From NCBI GenBank assembly GCA_947581615.1, contig CANPVD010000094.1, positions 15,336 through 79,335 of the forward strand: a stretch of DNA of 64,000 bases. Reading direction: 5' to 3'. Under the pieces are notes generated by a model. The model did not search any database. It had not been told where the DNA came from and worked only from the letters and a program-made list of their open reading frames with translations. Position 1 is the first letter of the stretch. Every line of letters begins with the position of its first letter. Shown piece by piece: positions 9,666-18,746 of this stretch. Position numbers and translations under genes: made by a program. Source of the DNA: Candidatus Humimonas hydrogenitrophica. GTDB lineage: Bacteria > Gemmatimonadota > Gemmatimonadetes > Palauibacterales > Palauibacteraceae.

Positions 9666-11222
9666 TCAGCCGGCCGTGTCCTCCGAGAGGGAGAAACCGT
9701 TCCGCTCGAGGAGGGTGCTGAACTCGCCCTTTGCCACCGCCTTCCGATAGGCCTCCTCCGCCTGGACCGTGCCTTCGCGGATCAGACCGAGCAGGGCATC
9801 GTTCAGCGTGGTCATGCCCGCTCCCTTGCTCGTCTGCATGATCGACGGGATCTGGAAGGTCTTCCCCTCCCGGATCAGGTTGGAGACCGCGCTGCTCACC
9901 AGGAGGACCTCGAGGGCCGCCACCCGTCCACCCGTCTTCCGTCGGCACAGGGTCTGGGCGACGACGCCCTTGAGGCTCTCGGCGAGCATCGTGCGGATCT
10001 GGTTCTGCTGGTCGGCCGGGAACTGGTCGATGATCCGGTCCACGGTCGACGCCGCCGTGTTCGTGTGCAGGGTCCCGAACACGAGGTGACCGGTCTCGGC
10101 CGTCTCGAGTGCGATCTCCACCGTCTCCAGGTCTCGCATCTCACCGACCAGGACGATGTCCGGGTCCTCCCGGAGGGCGGCTCGCAACGCCGCCTTGAAG
10201 CCGGCGGTGTGCGTGCCGACCTCGCGCTGGTTGATGAGACAGCGCTTGTTCTCGTGGACGAACTCGATCGGGTCCTCGATCGTGATGACGTGGTCGCGAC
10301 GCCGCTCGTTGATGTAGTCGATCATGGCGGCCAGGGTCGTGGACTTGCCCGACCCGGTGGGGCCGGTGACCACCACCAGGCCCTTGCCCAGCCCGCACAG
10401 CTCCAGGACCGCCCGGGGCAGCCCGAGCTGCTCGGCGGTCAGGATCTCGGACGGGATCTGGCGGAAGACGCCGCCGATCCCCCGCCGGTCCAGGAAGAGG
10501 TTGCAGCGGAAGCGCGCCACCCCCGGGATCTCGTATGCGAAGTCCGTGTCGTGGCGCTGCTCGAACTCCTCCCGGTTGCGGGCCGGCGCGATCTCCAGCA
10601 GGACCTCCCGAGTGCGCTCCGGGGACAGCGTGTCCTCCCCGCCCACGTCGACCATCTCGCCGTCCTTGCGGAAGAGCGGCGTGTTGCCGGCGGACACGTG
10701 GAGGTCGGAGCACCCCTCCCGGACCATCCGGCGGAACAGCCGCTCCATGAGCGGGGCGTCGGAGGGGAGGTCCGCCGGAGAGGTCTCGACGGCCGATGCG
10801 GGAGGCGCCGCGTGGGACGGGCTCGCGGGAGCCGCCGGGGCCCGGATGGTCGGAGTCCCGGCCGGCTCGGCGCCCCCCTCCCCGTCCTCCGCGGCCGGCG
10901 CCGGGCCGTCGAGCTCATCCTCCCCGGGCACGACGAGCACCCGGACGCCCGAATCGGTCCGGTAGGCCCGGACCTCCACGGAGCCGGCCGGCGACCGGTA
11001 CGTGAACTCGTACCGCCCCGGAGCGGCCGGGTCCCGGTCGCCCTCGGGGAGGACCTCCACGAGGAGCGCCTCCAGCTGCTCGGGCGTCGGCGCCGTCGTG
11101 GTGAGCGGGGTCGCCTCTCCCCCGGAGAGGAGCATGACGGGCTGGCCGGAGGCCAGCGTGAGCCTCTGGGCGCCCGCCTCGAACAGCGCCTCGATGAAAC
11201 GGTCCATTCCTGCCATGGTCAC
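9666..11222 (-). CDS. PilT/PilU-family type IV pilus retraction-type ATPase with an extra N-terminal domain
   Basis: ORF of 518 aa. Walker A 'GPTGSGKSTT', plus 'ITIEDPIEF', 'LREDPDIVLVGEMRD' and 'GHLVFGTLHTN'. About 165 additional N-terminal residues precede the canonical PilT N-domain. Confidence 0.85.
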   Translation of the reverse strand: MTMAGMDRFIEALFEAGAQRLTLASGQPVMLLSGGEATPLTTTAPTPEQLEALLVEVLPEGDRDPAAPGRYEFTYRSPAGSVEVRAYRTDSGVRVLVVPGEDELDGPAPAAEDGEGGAEPAGTPTIRAPAAPASPSHAAPPASAVETSPADLPSDAPLMERLFRRMVREGCSDLHVSAGNTPLFRKDGEMVDVGGEDTLSPERTREVLLEIAPARNREEFEQRHDTDFAYEIPGVARFRCNLFLDRRGIGGVFRQIPSEILTAEQLGLPRAVLELCGLGKGLVVVTGPTGSGKSTTLAAMIDYINERRRDHVITIEDPIEFVHENKRCLINQREVGTHTAGFKAALRAALREDPDIVLVGEMRDLETVEIALETAETGHLVFGTLHTNTAASTVDRIIDQFPADQQNQIRTMLAESLKGVVAQTLCRRKTGGRVAALEVLLVSSAVSNLIREGKTFQIPSIMQTSKGAGMTTLNDALLGLIREGTVQAEEAYRKAVAKGEFSTLLERNGFSLSEDTAG

Positions 11223-11262
11223 CGGATTCGCGGAGGTTGGGAGAGGTTCGGCCGGGCGCGAA

Positions 11263-11751
11263 TCACGCCAGTTCGATCAGCGCGATGCGGTCCAGGTTGA
11301 CCAGCCGGACCGTGTCGCCCGCCTGGACCGGGAAGAAGAGGTCGGCCGCATCGAGGAAGTCCCGGACGCGCCGTCGACCCTGGGGAAGGACCCAGCACAC
11401 CCGGCCCTCGGACCGGCTTCCGTCCTCGAACTGGATGCGGACGCTCGCGGTGGCCGACTCCGGGTCGTCCGGCGACACGAGGGGGGAGCCGCCCTCCGGG
11501 TCCTCCCGGTACTCGCGCGCCACCTCCACCCACACGATGGAGCGACGGCGGACCAGACGGACCTGGCCATCCGAAGGGACCGTGACCGGGAAGAAGCGGC
11601 CGTCATCGTTCAGAAGGTCGCTGGGGTGCTCGCGGCCCGAATGACGGGCTGCCCGTTCCGACAGGTGCAGGAGGACGCGCAGCGGCTCCTCGTGGAGGAG
11701 CTTCAGGGCGGCCTCCACGCGGTGCTTGGGTACGGCGTAGCCCTCGCTCAC
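11263..11751 (-). CDS. hypothetical protein with an internal FFPV...VRLV repeat (possible degenerate LytTR-like domain)
   Basis: Only the last 162 aa of ORF 11263..13212 look protein-like. GTG at 11751 overlaps the upstream stop (GTGA). The C-terminus 'FFPVQAGDTVRLVNLDRIALIE' resembles the LytTR 'FFRxHRSxxVNLxxI' region. The start is uncertain. Confidence 0.5.
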   Translation of the reverse strand: MSEGYAVPKHRVEAALKLLHEEPLRVLLHLSERAARHSGREHPSDLLNDDGRFFPVTVPSDGQVRLVRRRSIVWVEVAREYREDPEGGSPLVSPDDPESATASVRIQFEDGSRSEGRVCWVLPQGRRRVRDFLDAADLFFPVQAGDTVRLVNLDRIALIELA

Positions 11752-13136
11752 GGTCGGGTCCCGCTCCCGCGGTACAGGATACGCCACACCGAGCCCCCCT
11801 GGTCGTCGGTCACGTACACGGAGCCATCGGGGCCCTGCGCCAGTCCCACCGGTCGGTGCGTGGCCGTGCCAGGCCCGACGCGGCTGCCCGCGAAGCCGTC
11901 GGCGAAGGTGGCCGTGTCCGAAGCGACCGGCGAGCCGTCCCGGAAGGGGACGAATACGACCCGGTAGCCCGCCTGCGGCTCGGGGGCCCGGTTCCAGGAG
12001 CCGTGGAAGGCGATGAACGCGCCGCCCCGGTAGCGGGCGGGGAACTGCTCGCCCGTGTAGAACAGGAGCCCGTCCGGCGCCCAGTGTCCCGGAAAGCCGA
12101 TCAGCGGCTTCTTCTTCAGGTCGGCGCAGCGTCCCTGCTTCTTCGCGTTCCCCCCGTACTCGGGGTTCAGGATCCAGCGGCCCTCGAGCTCGTTCCAGAA
12201 GCAGTACGGCCAGCCGTAATCGTCTCCGCTCTCCAGCCGCACGAACTTCTCGGCCGGAAGCACGGCGCTCTGCTCGGCCGTGTAGTACTGGGGCCAGTTC
12301 TGGTAGAGCTGGTCGCGGCCGTGGACCACGCCGTACAGGTGGCCGTCGGCGGGATTCAGGGCGAGGGCCACGGTGTTGCGCAGACCCGACGCGAAGTGGA
12401 GGCCGTCCGCCTCGGTCTGGTCCTGCCGGTTCGCGTCGAAGCGCCAGATGCCGGCGCGCGTCTGCAAAGCGGGACAGGGATCGATCCCGGGCGAGCCCTT
12501 CACGCGGTCCTGCTTCTGGCAGCTGTTCGACGGGGAGCCGATGTTCACGAACATGTGGCCCTGCCCGTCGAAGGCGAGGGACTTGGCGGCGTGGTACTGA
12601 GAGGGAAGGCCGGTGACCAGGGCCTGCGCGGGGCCGGACGGCTGCAGGGCACCCTGCGGCAGGGGCCAGCGCACCACCTCCCCGTCGGCCCCGAAGTACA
12701 GCCAGCCGTCCCGGAGCGCGATGCCGGTCCCGCCCTCGCTCCCGAAGTGCTCCCGGACGTCCGCCCGGCCGTCGCCCGTGGTGTCGCGGAGGGCCAGCAC
12801 TCCCCCGGATCGCCCGTTCAGGGCCACGAACAGGTCGCCGTCGGGAGCCACGACCAGGTGGCGGGCCTTGCCGACATCCCGGGCCACGACCAGGGCGCAG
12901 AAGCCGTCCGGGAGCGTCAGGCCGCCGTCGTCGGGGTCGCACAATGGCGGATCCTGGAGGCGGGCGGTTGGAACGCCGCGCTCCGAGCCAGCGGCGGCCC
13001 CCCCGCTCGCGGCATCGCGGGCGGACGCTTCGTGGCCGGAGCAAGCGCCCACGACGCCGACGAGAGCCAGGGCAACGGTGAGAAGGCCCGGGAGGGCCGG
13101 CAGTGGGGGGCATCTCGGCTCGGAAAACGGTTGCAT
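11748..13136 (-). CDS. PQQ-dependent sugar (glucose/sorbosone) dehydrogenase-like beta-propeller, secreted
   Basis: In-frame 462 aa of ORF 11748..13670, starting at ATG 13136 with AAGGAG 8 nt upstream. Has a signal peptide 'LLTVALALVGVVGAC'. Motifs 'GLRNTVALALNP', 'DYGWPYC' and 'HWAPDGLLFY' are typical of the family. Confidence 0.8.
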   Translation of the reverse strand: MQPFSEPRCPPLPALPGLLTVALALVGVVGACSGHEASARDAASGGAAAGSERGVPTARLQDPPLCDPDDGGLTLPDGFCALVVARDVGKARHLVVAPDGDLFVALNGRSGGVLALRDTTGDGRADVREHFGSEGGTGIALRDGWLYFGADGEVVRWPLPQGALQPSGPAQALVTGLPSQYHAAKSLAFDGQGHMFVNIGSPSNSCQKQDRVKGSPGIDPCPALQTRAGIWRFDANRQDQTEADGLHFASGLRNTVALALNPADGHLYGVVHGRDQLYQNWPQYYTAEQSAVLPAEKFVRLESGDDYGWPYCFWNELEGRWILNPEYGGNAKKQGRCADLKKKPLIGFPGHWAPDGLLFYTGEQFPARYRGGAFIAFHGSWNRAPEPQAGYRVVFVPFRDGSPVASDTATFADGFAGSRVGPGTATHRPVGLAQGPDGSVYVTDDQGGSVWRILYRGSGTRP

Positions 13137-13395
13137 GCTCGCGGCTCCTTGTCGTGGGTCCCGGGTCCCGGGTCCCGGCAAGCGGCCCGGACCGCCCGGG
13201 CCGCCGCAGCACCCAATGTATCCGGCCGGCCGGCGGAACGCAGGCGTCGGTGGCGAGTGCGCTCGCGGCCCGCTGCGGCAGGCGGGGATGGGGGTGGCGG
13301 CCCGGCCGCCGGGTGCCCGCCCCACCGCGCTGGCACGGTTCCGGCGGCCTCCGTACGTTAAAGGCTTCGCGTTTCTTTCGGAGAGGAGGCTACGC

Positions 13396-13920
13396 ATGAA
13401 GAGCGCACGCACCCTGGCATGGGTCCTCGTACCGCTCGTCGCGATCGCGTGCACGAGCAAGGAGGGCCAGCAGTCCCAGGGACAGCAGGGGATGGCCGAG
13501 CAGTCCGGGCAGATGAGCCAGCAGGCCATGGGAGGCGCCCAGACGATCAGCCTGTCCCCCAAGGGCAACAGCGGCATCAGCGGCACGGCCGAGTTCAGCG
13601 CGGCGGGATCCGATTCCGTCCAGGTCAAGGTGACGCTGAAGGGCGTCGAGCAGGGCAAGGAGTATCCCACGCACGTTCATCACGGCACCTGCGCCACCGA
13701 GGGATCGGTGGCTCAGCCCCTGAACGGCGTGACCGGGATGGCCGACTCCACGGGGACGAGCACCACGACCGTGGCCCACTCGCTGTTCATGCCGGACTCC
13801 TCGTACTTCGTCCAGTCCCACCTTCCGGATGGAACGCCTGCCGCCTGCGGCGACATTCCGGCCATGGCGCACGGCGAGGCGATGTCCGACTCTTCGTCGA
13901 TGGGAGGCGGCTCGAATTAG
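13396..13920 (+). CDS. CHRD-like domain lipoprotein
   Basis: Last 174 aa of ORF 12613..13920. ATG at 13396 follows GGAGAGGAGG. Lipobox-like 'LVAIAC'. 'THVHHGTCATEGSV...' and 'YFVQSHLPDGTPAACGDI' resemble CHRD signatures. The functional call is tentative. Confidence 0.6.
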   Translation: MKSARTLAWVLVPLVAIACTSKEGQQSQGQQGMAEQSGQMSQQAMGGAQTISLSPKGNSGISGTAEFSAAGSDSVQVKVTLKGVEQGKEYPTHVHHGTCATEGSVAQPLNGVTGMADSTGTSTTTVAHSLFMPDSSYFVQSHLPDGTPAACGDIPAMAHGEAMSDSSSMGGGSN

Positions 13921-13977
13921 GGATCGCGATCCACGTCCCGCGGCCGGACGAGCGTCCGGATCGCGGGTTCTCCATCG

Positions 13978-14010
13978 AGACCCGGGGCCGGCGCGACCGA
14001 CCCCGGGTCT
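13978..14010 (+). terminator. candidate intrinsic terminator hairpin after the CHRD-like gene
   Basis: A 10-bp perfect stem AGACCCGGGG/CCCCGGGTCT with a 13-nt loop, followed by TCTC. It lies 58 nt after the stop. Confidence 0.4.
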
Positions 14011-14250
14011 TCTCGCATCGCCGGCACGGCGCTGTGGGGGGAGGGGTGGGGAAGCGCCTTCGGGCCGGAGTACGGGGCGACCCGCGCCAGTCGTCGCAGA
14101 AGGGTGGCTTACGGTGGGCTTGCAGGAGCACAGGGCGAAGGTCATGGCAGCCCGGGTAGAGGCGGGGCGCGCGGCACGCGCCCTGGTTGGCGTGCAGCCG
14201 GTCGACGCGACGACTGGCCGTCGGCACCGGCGGCCGGTCGGAGGGACAGC

Positions 14251-15321
14251 GTGATCTTCGGCGTGGACGTGTCGCCCTGGATCCTTCCGGCGGCCCTGGT
14301 GGCCGGAGGCGTCGTCCTGGGCATCCTGTGGGAGACGATGGTGCTCTCGGGGCTGCGCGGGAAGGCCCGTACGACCCGGTGGCGTTGGGACGACGTCGTC
14401 CTCGATTCCGTCCGCGGCATGGGGTTCGTATGGCTGGCCGCGGCGGGCCTGTACGGGGCGCTGCTGGCCGTGCCGCTCGGCCCGGACGCCAAGACCGTGG
14501 TCCGGAAGCTCCTGGTGGCGGCGGTCTTCCTCTCCTTTACGGTCGTGGCGGCCCGGGCCGCGGGGAGAGGCGTGGAGGTGTGGGCCCGGCACACCACGGG
14601 CGGCGTGCCGTCGTCGAGCCTGCTCAAGAACCTGGCGCGGATCCTCGTCTTCGCGTTCGGGCTCTTCCTCATCCTGCAGAACCTGGGCGTCCAGGTCACC
14701 GCCCTCGTCACCGGCCTCGGGATCGGCGGCCTGGCGGTGGCGCTGGCCCTGCAGGACACCCTCTCGAACCTGTTTTCCGGCTTCCAGATCATCCTGGCGC
14801 GCCAGGTCCGGAGCGGGGACTTCGTCCAGCTCGACTCGGGCGAGGAGGGCTACGTCACGGACATCCAGTGGCGAAACACGACGATCCGGTCCCGCATCGA
14901 CGACCACGAGATCATCGTCCCCAACTCCAAGCTGGCCAATACGATCGTCACCAACTTCGCTCGACCCGTCGGCGACTTCTGGGTCAAGGTCGAGGTCGGG
15001 GTGGCGTACGGCAGCGACCTGGACCGGGTGGAGGAGGTCACCCTGGAGGTGGCCCGCCGGGTGCTCGAGGAGGCCGGGATCTCGACGTCGACCGATCCCG
15101 TGCTGCGCTACACGGGGTTCGGCGATTCCAGCATCGGTTTCGTGGTCCGGATGAAACTCGATGAGTGGAGCCGGCAGTTCCAGATCCGCCACGCCTTCAT
15201 CAAGCGGCTCCACGCCCGCTACGCGGAGGAGGGTATCGAGATTCCCTTCCCGATCCGGACCGTGTACGTGCCCGCGGGGCTCCGGATCGCCCGGCGGGAT
15301 GGACCGGAGGGCGGGGCCTAG
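14251..15321 (+). CDS. mechanosensitive ion channel, MscS family
   Basis: In-frame part of ORF 14104..15321. GTG at 14251 follows GGAGGGA. TM helices are followed by 'LGIGGLAVALALQDTLSNLFSGFQI' and a beta-domain 'VPNSKLANTIVTNF'. Confidence 0.85.
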   Translation: MIFGVDVSPWILPAALVAGGVVLGILWETMVLSGLRGKARTTRWRWDDVVLDSVRGMGFVWLAAAGLYGALLAVPLGPDAKTVVRKLLVAAVFLSFTVVAARAAGRGVEVWARHTTGGVPSSSLLKNLARILVFAFGLFLILQNLGVQVTALVTGLGIGGLAVALALQDTLSNLFSGFQIILARQVRSGDFVQLDSGEEGYVTDIQWRNTTIRSRIDDHEIIVPNSKLANTIVTNFARPVGDFWVKVEVGVAYGSDLDRVEEVTLEVARRVLEEAGISTSTDPVLRYTGFGDSSIGFVVRMKLDEWSRQFQIRHAFIKRLHARYAEEGIEIPFPIRTVYVPAGLRIARRDGPEGGA

Positions 15322-17420
15322 GCCGGGGTCGTCGTCGACTCGCTCTGGCGGCTGGACTCTGGGTGGTCGATGTCCCGTCCGCCGCCGCCCGGCCCGGCCG
15401 CCCGTTCACGCTCGCCCGCCTCTCGATCCGCCGGCATCCCGTCGAGGCCGAGGATCGCCAGCACGCGGTCCGAGCGAAGCTCCTCCTTCTCCTGGAGTTC
15501 CGCGGCCAGCCGGTCGAGTCCCGACCGGTGCTCGCGCAGCGTGCCCGTGGCGCGCGCGTAGGCCTCGTCGAGAATCTTTTGGACCTCCTGGTCCACGTCT
15601 CGGGCGGTGGCGTCGCTGTACTCCCGCCCCCGCGCGATCTGCTCACCCAGGAACACGTTCTCCCTGGCGCCACCCAGTGACACGTCCTTGAAGCGTTCGC
15701 TCATCCCCCAGTCCAGGACCATCTTGCGAGCCAGGTGCGTGGCCTGCTCGAGGTCCTGCTCGGCCCCCGACGTGGCCGTGTCCATCACGAGGTCCTCGGC
15801 GGCCCGCCCGCCCATCATCACGGCCAGCCGATCCAGGATGTACTCCCTGCGATACAGGTACTTGTCCCGTTCGGGCAGCTGCTGGGTGACCCCCATGGCC
15901 CGGCCCCGAGGGACGATGGTGACCTTGTGGATCGGGTCCGCGTCGGGCAGGACGGCGGCCACGACCGTGTGTCCCCCTTCGTGGTAGGCCAGGAGCTCCT
16001 TCTCTTCGTTCGTCAGGGCCAGGTTCTCTCGCTCGAGCCCCATCATGACCTTGTCCCGGGCCGACTCGATATCGTCGGCGCCGATGCGCTGCTTGTCCTC
16101 CCTGGCGGCCAGGAGAGCCGCCTCGTTGAGGAGGTTCTTGAGATCGGCGCCGCTGAAGCCCGGCGTGCCGCGCGCCACCTCGTCGAGGTCGACGTCGTCG
16201 GCCAGAGGCTTGTCCCGGGCGTGCAGGGCCAGGATGTCCCGTCGTGCCACCCTGGTGGGCAGGTCCACCCTGATTCGGCGGTCGAAGCGCCCCGGCCTCA
16301 GCAGGGCGGGATCCAGGATGTCCGGGCGGTTGGTGGCGGCCATCACGATGACCTCGTGGGTCGGATCGAAACCATCCATCTCGGACAGGAGCTGGTTGAG
16401 CGTCTGCTCGCGCTCGTCGTGTCCGCCGCCCAGCCCGGCGCCACGACGCCGGCCGATCGAGTCGAGCTCGTCGATGAAGATGATGGACGGCGAGGATTTC
16501 TTGGCCTCCTTGAACAGGTCCCGGATCCTGGACGCCCCGACTCCGACGAGCATCTCCATGAAGTCCGAGCCCGTCATGTTGAAGAAGGGCGCCGCCGCCT
16601 CTCCCGCCACCGCGCGGGCGAGCAGCGTCTTCCCGGTCCCCGGCGGCCCGACCAGGAGCACGCCGTGCGGGATCTCTCCACCCAGTCGCTGGAAGCGCTC
16701 GGGGTCCTTGAGGAACTCGATGATCTCCTCGAGCTCGCGTTTGGCACCCTCGAGCCCGGCCACGTCCTCGAACGTGGTGGCCTCGTCCGTCCGGTCGTAG
16801 GCCCTGGCGTCGGCGCGCCCCATGGAGAAGAGGCTCTGTCCCCGCTGCCGCATGCGTGAGAAGAACAGCCATCCGAGCCACAGGAGGAGCAGGAAGGGAG
16901 CCACCTGGAGGATGACGCCCCACCACGAGAAGCTGGATGGCGGCTCGGCCTCCACGGTGACGCCCTTCTCGCGGAGGGCCCCGAGCAGCGTCGGGTCCCC
17001 GAACGACGGTACGTAGGTCGTGAACTGTTTGTAGCTCAACGACTTTCCGTCGGGCCCTTTTGTCTTGACCCGACGGGAAAGGGTGCCCTCGATCTGCTGA
17101 CCCTTCACGGTGACGCGCTGGACGTTGCCGGCCACCACCTGTCGGTGGAACCGGGTGTAGGAGATGTTCGTGCGGTGGGTGCTCCCCCGGCCGAGGGGGC
17201 TCCACAGCCAGGCCAGGAGGAGGGCGGCCAGGACGAGCCATACGAGGCCTCCCTTCCGTCCCCCCGACCAGTTCTGTCGCTGCTGGAGCCGTGGTGCCTG
17301 CTGTCCCGGCCCGTCGATCCGTCGCAACTTCGCTCTCCCCGCTCGATCTCTTCGATCCCGGCGCGCCTCGGGCGCCGTTGCCGGAGGTCGGCCGGGGGTC
17401 CGGAGCGCCATGGCTTGCAA
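15318..17420 (-). CDS. ftsH: ATP-dependent zinc metalloprotease FtsH
   Basis: 700 aa. Walker A '[11 protein letters not shown]', SRH '[20 protein letters not shown]', zinc site 'HEGGH'. The start could be 17420 or 17411. Confidence 0.95.
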   Translation of the reverse strand: MQAMALRTPGRPPATAPEARRDRRDRAGRAKLRRIDGPGQQAPRLQQRQNWSGGRKGGLVWLVLAALLLAWLWSPLGRGSTHRTNISYTRFHRQVVAGNVQRVTVKGQQIEGTLSRRVKTKGPDGKSLSYKQFTTYVPSFGDPTLLGALREKGVTVEAEPPSSFSWWGVILQVAPFLLLLWLGWLFFSRMRQRGQSLFSMGRADARAYDRTDEATTFEDVAGLEGAKRELEEIIEFLKDPERFQRLGGEIPHGVLLVGPPGTGKTLLARAVAGEAAAPFFNMTGSDFMEMLVGVGASRIRDLFKEAKKSSPSIIFIDELDSIGRRRGAGLGGGHDEREQTLNQLLSEMDGFDPTHEVIVMAATNRPDILDPALLRPGRFDRRIRVDLPTRVARRDILALHARDKPLADDVDLDEVARGTPGFSGADLKNLLNEAALLAAREDKQRIGADDIESARDKVMMGLERENLALTNEEKELLAYHEGGHTVVAAVLPDADPIHKVTIVPRGRAMGVTQQLPERDKYLYRREYILDRLAVMMGGRAAEDLVMDTATSGAEQDLEQATHLARKMVLDWGMSERFKDVSLGGARENVFLGEQIARGREYSDATARDVDQEVQKILDEAYARATGTLREHRSGLDRLAAELQEKEELRSDRVLAILGLDGMPADREAGERERAAGPGGGGRDIDHPESSRQSESTTTPA

Positions 17421-17553
17421 GAGTGAGGCGAGGAGCGCAACGGGCCCGGGTGGAGAGTCTCAGGCACAACGATCGACGGTACGGAATTCGCACGCCCGAC
17501 TGCATCGATGGTGCATCCACAGCGGACGGCGACGGCGACGCGGGAGCGGGCGG

Positions 17554-17928
17554 GTGCGGGCCAGAATAGGTCTCAAAAGGGCGTACGAAGAGCCAGCGGC
17601 GGAGGACGGCCAGCGATTCCTGGTGGACCGCCTGTGGCCGCGCGGCCGGAGTCGCGAGGCGCTGGACCTGGTCGACTGGGCACGCGAGGCGGCACCGAGC
17701 GACGACCTGCGCCGCCGGTTCCACCGGGAGCCGCAGCTGTGGGACGAGTTCTGCCGGAGCTACCGGGCCGAGCTCGAGGACCGGCCGGAGACTTGGCGTG
17801 CCCTGGTGGAAGCGGCCCGCGAGGGACCGATCACGCTCGTGTTCGCCGCGCGGGACACCGAGCGCAACAACGCCGTGGCGCTGCGCTCCTTCCTGCTGGA
17901 GCGGTTGGGGGATGCTGGAGACCCGTGA
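17554..17928 (+). CDS. DUF488 family protein
   Basis: Last 124 aa of ORF 17164..17928. 'KRAYEEP..DGQRFLVDRLWPRG', 'APSDDLRRRFH' and 'ITLVFAARDTERNNA' match the DUF488 pattern. The GTG start at 17554 is tentative. Confidence 0.7.
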   Translation: MRARIGLKRAYEEPAAEDGQRFLVDRLWPRGRSREALDLVDWAREAAPSDDLRRRFHREPQLWDEFCRSYRAELEDRPETWRALVEAAREGPITLVFAARDTERNNAVALRSFLLERLGDAGDP

Positions 17929-18736
17929 CCACGGCGTGAAGGTCCTCCGCCCCGACTTCGATCCGGCTGGCTTCCTGTCGCGTGTGCGCGGGGCCGCGGC
18001 TCGCGTGCTCCTCCTCGACTACGATGGGACGCTGGCTCCATTCCGCGTCGATCCCATGGAGGCGCGCCCGTACGAGGGCGTGCGCGAGCGCCTCGACAGG
18101 ATCCGGCAGGGTGCCACGCGGCTGGTGCTGGTCAGCGGGAGACCGGCCCGGGAGGTGAGGGGGCTCCTCGGCCTGGATCCGGTCCCCGAGGTGTGGGGAA
18201 CGCACGGGTGGGAGCGGGCCCTGCCCGGCCGGGAGCCCTCTCGGGTCGACCTCCCCGAGGCGACGCGGCGCGGACTCGATGAGGCAGCGCGAGCCGAGTC
18301 CGCCGGGAAGGGGCCCGGCCGGCTCGAACGGAAGCCGGCCGCCCTGGCGCTCCACGTTCGCGGGCTGGATGCCGACACGGCGGAGCGGACGTTGAGTGGC
18401 GCGCGTTCGGCATGGGAGCCGCTGGCCACCCGGCACGGGCTGGAGCTACGGGAATTCGACGGAGGCCTCGAGCTCCGGGTGCCCGGACGGGACAAGGGCG
18501 AGGCGGTGCGTACCGTGCTGTCCGAGGCGCGCGGCTCCTCGCCTGCCGGAGATGTCGCGGCGGCGTATCTGGGGGACGACGAGACCGACGAGGACGCATT
18601 CCGGGCCATGCGGGGCCGGGGCGCCGCCATCCTGGTGCGCACGCGGCTGCGCGAGACGGACGCCGACGCCTGGATCCGACCGCCCGCGGAGCTCCTGAGG
18701 TTCCTCGACGACTGGATCGAAGAGTCGACATCGTGA
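17912..18736 (+). CDS. otsB: trehalose-6-phosphate phosphatase (HAD-IIB)
   Basis: In-frame part of ORF 17798..18736, starting at ATG 17912. HAD motif I 'LLLDYDGTLAP', plus 'VSGR' and 'YLGDDETDEDAF'. Confidence 0.85.
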   Translation: MLETRDHGVKVLRPDFDPAGFLSRVRGAAARVLLLDYDGTLAPFRVDPMEARPYEGVRERLDRIRQGATRLVLVSGRPAREVRGLLGLDPVPEVWGTHGWERALPGREPSRVDLPEATRRGLDEAARAESAGKGPGRLERKPAALALHVRGLDADTAERTLSGARSAWEPLATRHGLELREFDGGLELRVPGRDKGEAVRTVLSEARGSSPAGDVAAAYLGDDETDEDAFRAMRGRGAAILVRTRLRETDADAWIRPPAELLRFLDDWIEESTS

Positions 18737-18746
18737 CGGAGAGCGA

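Noticed and set aside
11752-13212. The upstream 487 aa of ORF 11263..13212.
   Set aside because: This part overlaps the beta-propeller dehydrogenase gene in another frame and is R/P/G-rich. Only the last 162 aa, after the GTGA junction, look like a real protein.
14104-14250. A longer N-terminus for the first MscS gene, starting at 14104.
   Set aside because: The extra 49 aa are Gly/Arg-rich and lack an RBS. GTG at 14251 has GGAGGGA upstream and begins right at the first TM helix.
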